A stretch of DNA of 20,000 nt, from IMG/VR virus record IMGVR_UViG_3300036945_000802; one strand, given 5' to 3'. The stretch's first letter is position 1. Every line of letters starts with the position of its first letter. Both the position numbers and the translations under genes were made by a program. Below the pieces are notes generated by a model. That model ran no database searches and had not been told where the DNA came from. It worked only from the letters and a program-made list of their open reading frames with translations. The DNA is from an uncultured virus (IMG/VR IMGVR_UViG_3300036945_000802). Lineage: Duplodnaviria; Heunggongvirae; Uroviricota; Caudoviricetes. Below, one piece after another: positions 8,285 through 16,155 of the stretch.

Positions 8285-8883
8285 TGTGGTTCATCACTTC
8301 ATTTCTCCCTGACTGGTTCATCACTTATTTTGTACACATCGTACTAATAGTTGGTTTAGTAACTACGTTCGCAAGCAGTATAGTATCAAAGCTTCCTGTT
8401 ATAAGTAACTATGGAAGATTGGTAAAGCCAATCGGCATGGTAATCTTTGCTCTTGGCATATACTTAGAAGGCGGATTGGTTACAGAACTCGCATGGCGTT
8501 CTAAGGTTGCAGAGTTCGAAGAAAAAGTAAAAGTTGCAGAGGCTAAGTCAGCTGAAGCTAACACAAAGATCGAGACTAAAGTAGTCACGAAGATTCAAGT
8601 GATTAAGGAAAACACAGATGAAAACAAAGCAGCGATTAGTAAATACGTTACTGATACTTGCCAGCTGTCTAATGCTGCAGTCATGCTCCACGACAGTGCC
8701 AGTCAAAATGAAGTTCCCGGAAGCACCATCAGTACTGTTAGAGGAACCTCAGAAGTTAAAGTGCCTGAACTGCTCACAGTAGTTACAGAAAACTACGGAG
8801 CTTGTTATGAATCGATTGAAAAATTAAAAGCTTGGCAAGAATGGTACAAAACGCAGAAGAAAATATTTGAGGATGTAAAATGA
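8284..8883 (+). CDS. Inner-membrane spanin (Rz-like)
   Basis: N-terminal transmembrane segments, then a long helical/coiled-coil periplasmic region with two Cys; contains an embedded lipoprotein gene in the +1 frame. Confidence 0.7.
   Translation: MWFITSFLPDWFITYFVHIVLIVGLVTTFASSIVSKLPVISNYGRLVKPIGMVIFALGIYLEGGLVTELAWRSKVAEFEEKVKVAEAKSAEANTKIETKVVTKIQVIKENTDENKAAISKYVTDTCQLSNAAVMLHDSASQNEVPGSTISTVRGTSEVKVPELLTVVTENYGACYESIEKLKAWQEWYKTQKKIFEDVK
8618..8782 (+). CDS. Embedded outer-membrane spanin lipoprotein (Rz1-like), 54 aa, absent from the ORF track
   Basis: SD AAGGA at 8605-8609, ATG 8618. Translation MKTKQRLVNTLLILASCLMLQSCSTTVPVKMKFPEAPSVLLEEPQKLKCLNCSQ*: basic N-terminus, hydrophobic core, lipobox-like LASC/LQSC, Pro-rich mature part; +1 frame as for lambda Rz1. 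Confidence 0.75.
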   Translation: MKTKQRLVNTLLILASCLMLQSCSTTVPVKMKFPEAPSVLLEEPQKLKCLNCSQ

Positions 8884-9272
8884 AAAAGATTGCATTAACA
8901 CTTTTAGTTATGGCATTAAGTGGTTGTACAGTGTTTGATGCATACTTCATGGCACATTACGACAATCAAGAATATTATTTGATAAATAAGATACGCACTA
9001 AAGCACAAGTAGCACAGCGATCATGTGATACTCCTGTTGCGCTTAAGTCTGAAATCAAAGAAATAGTAAATACATCTTTAGAGTTTAAAAACTTTACTCA
9101 ATACATACCACGTAATCCAGAGGCATTTAAAATGGCTGGTCAGATGGTAGAATTGTCAGAACAAATAAAATTTGATGATAAGACATCACCAATATTTTGT
9201 AAGATGAAGCTTCAGCAAGTCGAAAGAAACGCTGAGAAAATTCAAACAGTCCTAGGGAGCAAGCCACGATGA
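8880..9272 (+). CDS. Lipoprotein of unknown function
   Basis: MKKIALTLLVMALSGC is a type II signal peptide with lipobox LSGC; ATGA overlap with the spanin stop. Confidence 0.75.
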   Translation: MKKIALTLLVMALSGCTVFDAYFMAHYDNQEYYLINKIRTKAQVAQRSCDTPVALKSEIKEIVNTSLEFKNFTQYIPRNPEAFKMAGQMVELSEQIKFDDKTSPIFCKMKLQQVERNAEKIQTVLGSKPR

Positions 9273-9475
9273 TTGCAACACAAGTACAAGCATACTATGC
9301 AGAATACACTGCAGCATACGAGAGCGGTCAAATCTCTAAGGAAGAATACGTTAGTCTGCTACAAGGGCTAGAAGTAGAACAAGCGGTCGCAACGACTGCG
9401 GATGAATTACAATTGAAAGAGCAACTAAACGTTGCTATTAATGCAGCAATTTCTGTTGCATCTGCTCTAGCCTAA
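9269..9475 (+). CDS. Small acidic helical hypothetical protein
   Basis: 68 aa; ATGA overlap; SD GGAG upstream. Confidence 0.65.
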   Translation: MIATQVQAYYAEYTAAYESGQISKEEYVSLLQGLEVEQAVATTADELQLKEQLNVAINAAISVASALA

Positions 9476-9493
9476 TAATAAACACTTTACCTA

Positions 9494-9522
9494 TGTACAT
9501 GCTTCATTGCATGTGGTATAAT
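9494..9522 (+). promoter_or_regulatory. Sigma70-type phage early promoter upstream of nrdA
   Basis: TGTACA (9494-9499), 17 nt, TATAAT (9517-9522), with extended -10 TG. Confidence 0.75.
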
Positions 9523-9553
9523 ATACTTCTGAATTTCGGAATCTTATAATAAT

Positions 9554-11854
9554 ATGCAAAATATAAATGTAGTAAAACGCGACGGTAAACAAGAATACTT
9601 CGATGTAAACAAAATCCACAAGGTTTTGGAATGGGCAACAGAAAGTATTAATGGTGTTTCGATCAGTGAGATCGAGCTAAAGGCAAACATTCAAATCAAC
9701 GACGGCATGAAGACCGATGACATCCACGAGTTGCTCATCAAGTCTGCTGCAGAATTAATCTCTGAACATACACCAAACTATCAGTATGTTGCCGCTCGTC
9801 TAGTCAACTATAAAATACGTAAACAAGTCTATGGTGAATACAAACCATGGTCATTGCATACAGTAGTCATTCAAAACATCATGCGTGGTATGTATGATGG
9901 ACAAATTTTAAATGAATACGATGAGTATGAATTCGATCAGTTAGACAAACACATTAAGCACGAACGTGACAATGAGTTTACGTATGTAGGCATGGAACAA
10001 TTTCGTGGCAAGTACTTAGTACAAGATAGAATTACTAAAGTACCATATGAGACACCACAGATTCTGTACATGTTGATTGCGATGAACCTCTTTATGCAAT
10101 ATCCTAAAGAGACTCGCATGAAATACGTAAAGGAATATTACGATGCAGTATCTCAATTTTATATTAGCCTTCCTACCCCAATCATGGCTGGCCTTCGCAC
10201 TCCTACTCGCCAGTTTAGTAGCTGTGTCCTTATTGAGTCAGATGATTCTTTGGACTCCATCAATGCGACGTCGACTTCCATTGTCCGTTACATTTCTAAA
10301 AAGGCTGGGATTGGCATCGGCGCTGGTAGCATTCGTGCTATTGGTAGTCGTATTGGTGACGGTTCAGTTATTCACACTGGCCTCATTCCCTTTCTAAAGT
10401 ATTTTCAAGCAGCAGTTAAATCATGTTCACAAGGTGGTGTTCGTGGTGGTGCTGCAACGGTTTATCTTCCTATTTGGCATCTTGAGTTTGAGAACCTTAT
10501 TGTATTAAAGAACAATAAAGGTACAGAAGAAACTCGTGTACGTCATATGGATTATTGTTTCCAGTTTAACAAACTAATGTATGAACGTCTGTTAACTGGC
10601 GGCAACATCACATTGTTTTCACCTGACGAAGTACCTGATTTGTATGAAGCATTCTATGCAGATCAAGATAAGTTTAAAGAGTTATACGTTGCTTATGAAG
10701 CAAACGATAGTATCCGCAAGAAGACGCTTTCTGCTATGGAAGTATTCACTCAATACATGAGTGAGCGCAAGGATACAGGTAGAATTTACTTAATGAACGT
10801 AGATCATGCGAATAGCCATGGTGCATTTATACCTGAGCAAGCACCTATTCGTATGTCAAATCTATGTTGCGAAATCGATTTACCAACTAAACCTTTAACT
10901 TCAGCGGAGGATCAAAATGGAGAGATCAGTTTGTGCACTTTGTCGGCCATCAACTGGGGACTCATCAACGAGCCAAAAGAATTCGAAAAGTATTGCGACC
11001 TCTCAGTCAGAGCACTCGATGCCTTACTTGATTATCAATGGTACCCAGTACCAGCTGCAGAAAGAGGGACGAAAAATCGCCGCCCTCTTGGCAACGGCAT
11101 CATCAACCTCGCCTACTTCCTCGCAAAACGTGGACTAAAGTATGACGATGCAGCATTACCTGTGGTTGATGAGTACGCAGAAGCATGGTCATATTACTTG
11201 ATTAAAGCATCTGTGAACTTAGCAAAAGAAAAGGGTGCATGTCCTTCGCATACTGAAACAAAGTATTCACGTGGAGAAACTCCAAATAATACATATAAGA
11301 AAGAAGTTGATGAACTAGTACCACACGTTGAACGTATGGATTGGTTTGATTTACGTCAAGACTTAATTCATTTTGGTATTCGCAACTCTACACTAATGGC
11401 TTTGATGCCTGCAGAAACATCTGCACAGATTAGTAACTCTACTAATGGCATTGAACCACCACGTGCTCTTGTTTCATTTAAGCAATCGAAAGATGGTGTG
11501 ATGGCTCAAGTTGTACCAGGTTACCACAAGTTAAAGAATCAATATCATTTGTTGTGGGACCATAAATCTCCTGAAGGTTACCTAAAGATCTGTGCTATCT
11601 TGCAGAAGTACATCGATCAAGGTATCTCTGTCAACACATCATACAATCCTGAGAATTATGAAGACCATAAAGTTTCGATGGCTGATATGATTAAACATAT
11701 GGTTATGTTCTATAAGTATGGTGGTAAGCAACTCTATTACTTTAATACATACGATGGTGCTGGTGAGTTACATGAAAAAGAATTCAAGGAAATTGAAGAA
11801 CAGTTAGCTCAACCAGTTGATGGTGAAGATGACTGTGAATCATGCAAGATATAA
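9554..11854 (+). CDS. nrdA: Ribonucleoside-diphosphate reductase class Ia, alpha subunit
   Basis: N-terminal ATP-cone (VVKRDG), PTPIMAG, QFSSCVLI, SCSQGGVRGGAA, SNLCCEI active-site loop, MPAETS, LYY, C-terminal CESC; 766 aa, uninterrupted. Confidence 0.98.
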   Translation: MQNINVVKRDGKQEYFDVNKIHKVLEWATESINGVSISEIELKANIQINDGMKTDDIHELLIKSAAELISEHTPNYQYVAARLVNYKIRKQVYGEYKPWSLHTVVIQNIMRGMYDGQILNEYDEYEFDQLDKHIKHERDNEFTYVGMEQFRGKYLVQDRITKVPYETPQILYMLIAMNLFMQYPKETRMKYVKEYYDAVSQFYISLPTPIMAGLRTPTRQFSSCVLIESDDSLDSINATSTSIVRYISKKAGIGIGAGSIRAIGSRIGDGSVIHTGLIPFLKYFQAAVKSCSQGGVRGGAATVYLPIWHLEFENLIVLKNNKGTEETRVRHMDYCFQFNKLMYERLLTGGNITLFSPDEVPDLYEAFYADQDKFKELYVAYEANDSIRKKTLSAMEVFTQYMSERKDTGRIYLMNVDHANSHGAFIPEQAPIRMSNLCCEIDLPTKPLTSAEDQNGEISLCTLSAINWGLINEPKEFEKYCDLSVRALDALLDYQWYPVPAAERGTKNRRPLGNGIINLAYFLAKRGLKYDDAALPVVDEYAEAWSYYLIKASVNLAKEKGACPSHTETKYSRGETPNNTYKKEVDELVPHVERMDWFDLRQDLIHFGIRNSTLMALMPAETSAQISNSTNGIEPPRALVSFKQSKDGVMAQVVPGYHKLKNQYHLLWDHKSPEGYLKICAILQKYIDQGISVNTSYNPENYEDHKVSMADMIKHMVMFYKYGGKQLYYFNTYDGAGELHEKEFKEIEEQLAQPVDGEDDCESCKI

Positions 11855-12003
11855 AAGAATTAGCAATTAAAAGATATGAGATCTGTTCTTCTTGTCCAAA
11901 GAAGACAGATCTTTTAAAGGTTGAACGTTGTAAAGAGTGTGGTTGTATTATCTTATTAAAGATAATTGTGCCATCGTTTAAGTGTCCGCTAGGGAAATGG
12001 TAA
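11842..12003 (+). CDS. Small Cys-rich protein (resembles DUF6171), absent from the ORF track
   Basis: MQDIKELAIKRYEICSSCPKKTDLLKVERCKECGCIILLKIIVPSFKCPLGKW*; 6 Cys in the pattern CxxC...CxxCGC...CPxxKW; fills the nrdA-nrdB gap exactly. Confidence 0.8.
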   Translation: MQDIKELAIKRYEICSSCPKKTDLLKVERCKECGCIILLKIIVPSFKCPLGKW

Positions 12004-13125
12004 ATGTCAGTATTCAAATTAAAAAGTAAAAGTCATTTAGAATCACCAATGTTTTTCGGTGAATCAGTAGATATCGCAAGATATGATAGTGTTAGATATC
12101 CGCAAATGGAAAAGATTACTGATAAACAATTAGGTTTCTTTTGGAGACCAGAAGAAATGGATCTATCAAAAGATAGTAAAGACTTCCACTCTTTAAATGA
12201 ATTTGAACAACACATCTTTACGTCAAATCTAAAACGTCAAATTCTATTGGACTCAGTGCAAGGTCGTTCACCGAACCTTGCATTTTTACCTATGGCATCT
12301 GTACCTGAACTAGAAGTAATGGTAGAAACGTGGGCATTCTTTGAGACCATTCACTCACGTTCATATACCCACATCATTAGAAACATCTATGCAAATCCTT
12401 CGAAGATCTTCGACGAGATTAAAAGCATTCAACCAATTTTAGATTGCGCACATGATATTTCAAAGTATTATGACGAGTTCATTTCTTATTCTCGTTACTA
12501 CGAACTCTTAGGCGTTGGTGTGCATACAGTTAATGGTGAAACAATTACTATTGACATGTATGAATTAAAGAAGAAGTTATTCTTATGCCTAATGAGTGTA
12601 TACATACTCGAAGGTATTCGCTTCTATGTTTCATTCGCATGTTCATGGGCATTCGCTGAACTAAAGAAGATGGAAGGCAACGCCAAAGTAATTAAGTTTA
12701 TTGCGCGTGATGAGAATACACACTTAGCAGCATCAACATCTATCATTCGCTCATTGATTAAAGATGATAAAGATATTGAACGTATTCGTCAAGAAACAGA
12801 AAAACAAGTTAACGATATGTTTGTAGCTGCTATCGAACAAGAAAAAGAATGGGCAAAATACTTGTTCAAAGATGGTTCTATGATTGGTCTAAACGAAAAG
12901 CTATTAGGTGATTACGTCGAATGGATCGGTTGCCGTCGTATGCGTGCTATGAACTATCATTGTCCATACACAGTATCACAATCAAATCCATTGCCATGGA
13001 CTGAGAAGTGGATTGGTGGTGGTAATGTTCAAGTTGCTCCGCAAGAAACAGAGATTACAAGTTATATTACTGGTGGTGTCAAGCAAGACGTCACAGCAGA
13101 ATCGATGAAAGGCTTATCACTATGA
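12004..13125 (+). CDS. nrdB: Ribonucleoside-diphosphate reductase class Ia, beta subunit
   Basis: FFWRPEE, LLDSVQGR, ETIHSRSY (radical Tyr), LEGIRFYVSF, IARDENTH, QVAPQETEITSY. Confidence 0.98.
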   Translation: MSVFKLKSKSHLESPMFFGESVDIARYDSVRYPQMEKITDKQLGFFWRPEEMDLSKDSKDFHSLNEFEQHIFTSNLKRQILLDSVQGRSPNLAFLPMASVPELEVMVETWAFFETIHSRSYTHIIRNIYANPSKIFDEIKSIQPILDCAHDISKYYDEFISYSRYYELLGVGVHTVNGETITIDMYELKKKLFLCLMSVYILEGIRFYVSFACSWAFAELKKMEGNAKVIKFIARDENTHLAASTSIIRSLIKDDKDIERIRQETEKQVNDMFVAAIEQEKEWAKYLFKDGSMIGLNEKLLGDYVEWIGCRRMRAMNYHCPYTVSQSNPLPWTEKWIGGGNVQVAPQETEITSYITGGVKQDVTAESMKGLSL

Positions 13126-13355
13126 TTATAGTTTATTCAAAGAAAGTATGTCCTAATTGTGTTCAGGTAAAACAAATGCTTGAATCTAAAGGCATAAAAT
13201 ATGTTGAAATAGATATTGAAACAAATGCAGCAGGACGTGATGTATTAGTTGAACATGGTTTACGTTCTGTCCCACAAGTATTTCACGGTGAAAAGCACAT
13301 CGGTGATCTACAAAAAACCAAAACATGGTTAGAACTAAAAGAACAGACGCTATGA
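13122..13355 (+). CDS. nrdC: Glutaredoxin (NrdC/NrdH-like)
   Basis: VYSKKVCPNC active site, RSVPQVF cis-Pro motif; ATGA-coupled to nrdB. Confidence 0.9.
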   Translation: MIIVYSKKVCPNCVQVKQMLESKGIKYVEIDIETNAAGRDVLVEHGLRSVPQVFHGEKHIGDLQKTKTWLELKEQTL

Positions 13356-13543
13356 CAAAAATTACAAATGAATGTGTATCGTGTGGAGTTGAATCCACTA
13401 TTGAATTCGATGCAGAAAACGTAGATAACCAACCAGAATATTGTCCATTCTGCGGGTCGTCATATATAGAAGAGGAACTAGAGGATGATCTAGACCTTCT
13501 TAAGAATGGCGGATTCGACGATGACATGGATATACAATGGTAA
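13352..13543 (+). CDS. Small zinc-ribbon protein with acidic tail
   Basis: CVSC...CPFCG followed by an E/D-rich tail; start placed at the ATGA overlap (13352) rather than 13325. Confidence 0.75.
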   Translation: MTKITNECVSCGVESTIEFDAENVDNQPEYCPFCGSSYIEEELEDDLDLLKNGGFDDDMDIQW

Positions 13544-13949
13544 GCCTTACGAACTAGGCGAACAAACACACAAAGAAGTTTATGGCTTCGTTTATCTCAT
13601 CACGTGCCTGAAGACAGGTAAGTTGTATGTAGGTAAGAAACTATTTTGGTCAAGCAGAACTAAAGTAGTTAAAGGTAAAAAGAAAAGACTTAAAGTAGAG
13701 TCAGATTGGAAGACATACTTCGGATCAAATAAGGTTCTGTTAGAAGAACTTAAAACTAATGGCGAAGAGAACTACAAGCGAGAAATCCTGCATCTATGTG
13801 CAGGAAAAGGCGAATGTAATTACTTAGAAGCACATGAACAGTTTACACGCAACGTGTTGACTAGCGAACAATATTATAATGATTGGATAATGGTTAAAGT
13901 GCATAGAGCTCACATTAAAGGTTTACAACAGACTAAAAATGTGGTATAA
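13506..13949 (+). CDS. GIY-YIG-family nuclease-like protein
   Basis: GFVYLIT...LYVGKK, YFGS, REIL, YLE...QF and YYN motifs. The start may be ATG 13521. Confidence 0.8.
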   Translation: MADSTMTWIYNGKPYELGEQTHKEVYGFVYLITCLKTGKLYVGKKLFWSSRTKVVKGKKKRLKVESDWKTYFGSNKVLLEELKTNGEENYKREILHLCAGKGECNYLEAHEQFTRNVLTSEQYYNDWIMVKVHRAHIKGLQQTKNVV

Positions 13950-13950
13950 T
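13921..13950 (+). promoter_or_regulatory. Early promoter for rnh (T4-like GTTTACA -35)
   Basis: TTTACA (13922-13927), 17 nt, TATAAT (13945-13950), extended TG; ATG follows 7 nt later. Confidence 0.75.
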
Positions 13951-13957
13951 ATAGATT

Positions 13958-14809
13958 ATGATTATCATCGACTACTCCCAAATTTCTATCGCCTCATTCT
14001 ATTCTCAGCCTGGTGCAGAGCTTAGCGAGGATTTTTTACGACACATGATTCTGAACAGCATTCGCATGTACGCTCATAAGTACAAAGGCGAATACGGTCA
14101 AATCGTTATTGCTTGTGATGGTGGTGCATCATGGCGTAAACGTGTATTCCCGCAATACAAAGCACACCGTAAGAAAGCACGTGAAGATAGTGGAATGGAT
14201 TGGAATTTATTCTTCGAGTATCTAAACTTAATTCGCGAAGAGATTAAAGCTAACTTTCCATATAAAGTAGTACACATTCCTAGCATCGAAGCAGATGATG
14301 TGATTGCTACTCTTGTTAAAGAAACACAAGAGTTTGGTAAAGCAGAACCTGTAATGATCATCTCTTCAGACAAAGACTTTGTACAGTTACATAAATACAA
14401 AAATGTTAAACAGTTCTCACCTATCCAGAAGAAAATGGTTGCAGACCCCAACCCTCACTTATATTTGTTTGAGCATATTATTCGTGGTGATAGTGGCGAT
14501 GGTATTCCTAATGTTCTCTCCGCTGATAATACTTTTGTCGATGGTTTACGTCAGACTCCAGTCACAAAGAAAAAAATCGATGCGTGGTTAGCAGGTGCAG
14601 AGGATCTTCAAAAAGTAATGGATACAGAAACGTATCGTAATTATCAGCGCAATAAACTGTTGATTGATTTAGATCAAATTCCAAAAGAACATACTGAGAA
14701 CATCATAAATACATTTGAAAATCAAGAGGTTGCTCCACGCGCTCGCATCCTCGATTACTTGATTAAAAAGCGCTGCAAGATGTTAGTAGAATCTGTCCAA
14801 GAGTTTTAA
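13958..14809 (+). CDS. rnh: T4-type RNase H (5'-3' flap exonuclease)
   Basis: IIIDYSQI, IACD, WRK..FPQYKAHR, EADDVIA, ISSDKDFVQL, GDSGDGIPNVLS. Confidence 0.95.
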   Translation: MIIIDYSQISIASFYSQPGAELSEDFLRHMILNSIRMYAHKYKGEYGQIVIACDGGASWRKRVFPQYKAHRKKAREDSGMDWNLFFEYLNLIREEIKANFPYKVVHIPSIEADDVIATLVKETQEFGKAEPVMIISSDKDFVQLHKYKNVKQFSPIQKKMVADPNPHLYLFEHIIRGDSGDGIPNVLSADNTFVDGLRQTPVTKKKIDAWLAGAEDLQKVMDTETYRNYQRNKLLIDLDQIPKEHTENIINTFENQEVAPRARILDYLIKKRCKMLVESVQEF

Positions 14810-14812
14810 TAT

Positions 14813-15247
14813 ATGGCAAAAAAATTATTAGTTACTGAGATGTTAGAATTAGTAGGTAAAGCAGAGTCTCGCAAAGAGAAGCTTGAACTTCTACAAAAAT
14901 TCAACTGTCTTGAACTTCGTGATATCCTCAAAGGCGCATTTGATGATACAGTGCAGTTCTTACTTCCTTCAGGTATTCCACCAATTGATGAGAAAGAAAA
15001 GAAACTATACGACAAGACTCGTCTAATGTCAGAGACAAAAAAGTTTAGATATTTTGTCAAAGGCGGACCAGGTGAACAAGTCAATCGAGTACGTAGAGAA
15101 AAGATGTTCATTGATATTCTTTATAGGATTGATAGCAAAGAGATCCCATTAGTATGCCATATGAAAGATAAAACTTTAGATGGTGTGTATAAAGGATTAA
15201 CGAAAAAACTTGTGGCAGAAGCGTTCCCAGGACTCATCATTAGATAA
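14813..15247 (+). CDS. Conserved T4-like phage hypothetical protein (resembles DUF6433)
   Basis: LLVTEML...LRDILKGAFD...LLPSG.PP...RREKMFIDIL...KDK.L..YKGLTKKLVAEAFP pattern recalled from T4-like phages. Confidence 0.75.
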   Translation: MAKKLLVTEMLELVGKAESRKEKLELLQKFNCLELRDILKGAFDDTVQFLLPSGIPPIDEKEKKLYDKTRLMSETKKFRYFVKGGPGEQVNRVRREKMFIDILYRIDSKEIPLVCHMKDKTLDGVYKGLTKKLVAEAFPGLIIR

Positions 15248-15250
15248 ATA
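15243..15250 (+). promoter_or_regulatory. T4-type late promoter candidate (GATAAATA)
   Basis: NATAAATA overlapping the stop codon at 15245-15247, at the start of a 150-nt structured intergenic region. Confidence 0.5.
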
Positions 15251-15283
15251 ACTGTATGAGTGTATCATACACAATTTAACACG

Positions 15284-15318
15284 GCGGACCAAGTCTTAAT
15301 TGACTGTGGTCCGTTTTT
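15284..15318 (+). terminator. Intrinsic terminator-like hairpin
   Basis: GCGGACCA-AGTC, loop TTAATT, GACT-G-TGGTCCGT, followed by a T-run. Confidence 0.65.
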
Positions 15319-15399
15319 CATTCCCACAGGAGAACTTTATAGCAAATATTCTATATCATGCGATTTGACAACCTTAAAATTTAACCGTTAGGAGAACAG

Positions 15400-15567
15400 A
15401 TGGTTCCTTCCCAATTAGAAAAATTAAAAAAAGATTCAAGAGAGCTCGAGCATTGTATAGCGCGAATGAAAAAGGAGGGTCGAAGCGACAAAGTAGGTCA
15501 GCTTCAGATGAAGAAACAGCAAGTCGATAGTTATATCGGCAAAATCGCAGAAGAATATTTCCACTAA
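15400..15567 (+). CDS. Small helical basic protein, 55 aa, absent from the ORF track
   Basis: SD AGGAGA at 15390-15395; MVPSQLEKLKKDSRELEHCIARMKKEGRSDKVGQLQMKKQQVDSYIGKIAEEYFH*. Confidence 0.7.
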   Translation: MVPSQLEKLKKDSRELEHCIARMKKEGRSDKVGQLQMKKQQVDSYIGKIAEEYFH

Positions 15568-15587
15568 AGGCAGGTGATCCATATCTC

Positions 15588-15619
15588 GGCACGGGGGACT
15601 TCGGTCCCCCGTGTTCGTT
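15588..15619 (+). terminator. GC-rich cUUCGg hairpin, probable terminator
   Basis: GGCACGGGGGAC, TTCG loop, GTCCCCCGTGTT. The UUCG tetraloop is typical of T4-like terminators, but the U-tract is weak. Confidence 0.7.
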
Positions 15620-15652
15620 CCCCAGCATGAAAAAATATTTTCAAGGGGCCTA

Positions 15653-15681
15653 TGTACAAGCGAGAAAAACCGTGGTATAAT
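15653..15681 (+). promoter_or_regulatory. Phage early promoter
   Basis: TGTACA, 17 nt, TATAAT with extended TG; A/T-rich tract upstream; ATG 6 nt downstream. Confidence 0.8.
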
Positions 15682-15687
15682 AGATCT

Positions 15688-16023
15688 ATGCTGATCTATA
15701 CTAATCAAACATCTAAAACTCGCAAACGCAAACCAACTGCTAAGCAGCGCGAACTGCAAGCTTCATGGGAAGCGTTAGTCAAAAAGTACGAGCCTAAAAA
15801 ACCGCTCAAAGCAGTCGTTAAAGCTACACCGCTTAAAGCATACGTACGCGAAACACCGCACTATCCTTCTCTAAATAGTGGCTATCATGATTGCAGCAAA
15901 AAGCAACAACATCAATATACCGGTGACAAGATGATTGGCATTGGTACACTTCACAAGTCAAACGCAGTGCCTGTATTCAGCAGCGATGATGCTAAAGAAA
16001 TCAGCAGAATGCGAAGAGGCTAA
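15688..16023 (+). CDS. Conserved basic phage hypothetical protein
   Basis: C-terminal YTGDKMIGIGTLHKSNAVPVF...AKEISRMRR motif recalled from T4-like phages. Start moved to 15688 because the ORF-track ATG (15652) lies in the -35 box. Confidence 0.8.
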   Translation: MLIYTNQTSKTRKRKPTAKQRELQASWEALVKKYEPKKPLKAVVKATPLKAYVRETPHYPSLNSGYHDCSKKQQHQYTGDKMIGIGTLHKSNAVPVFSSDDAKEISRMRRG

Positions 16024-16142
16024 TTCTCCAGTTTTTTTCCAAGTCGAAATAGCGTGGGGGTCACCCCGGGCCCCCTAAACGCTCCCCAGATGAGGCCCCC
16101 AGATAATAGTCTACCGTTTTAGTCAAGTAAAAAGTCCAATGA

Positions 16143-16155
16143 AATCAATAACTTG
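16143..16155 (+). promoter_or_regulatory. IHF consensus site
   Basis: AATCAATAACTTG matches WATCAANNNNTTR, with an A-rich tract upstream, 9 nt before a -35 box. Confidence 0.5.

Noticed and set aside
11784..12017. Minus-strand 77-aa ORF across the nrdA-nrdB gap
   Set aside because: The gap is better explained by the + strand Cys-rich ORF at 11842-12003.
9554..13125. Introns or inteins in nrdA/nrdB, common in T4-like phages
   Set aside because: Both ORFs are continuous, of normal class Ia length, with motifs in order.
8981..14711. Intragenic NATAAATA matches (8981, 14390, 14704)
   Set aside because: They lie inside coding sequence in AT-rich DNA and are expected by chance; nothing else supports them.
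15365..15370. Perfect TTGACA -35 hexamer
   Set aside because: No plausible -10 box at 16-18 nt spacing.
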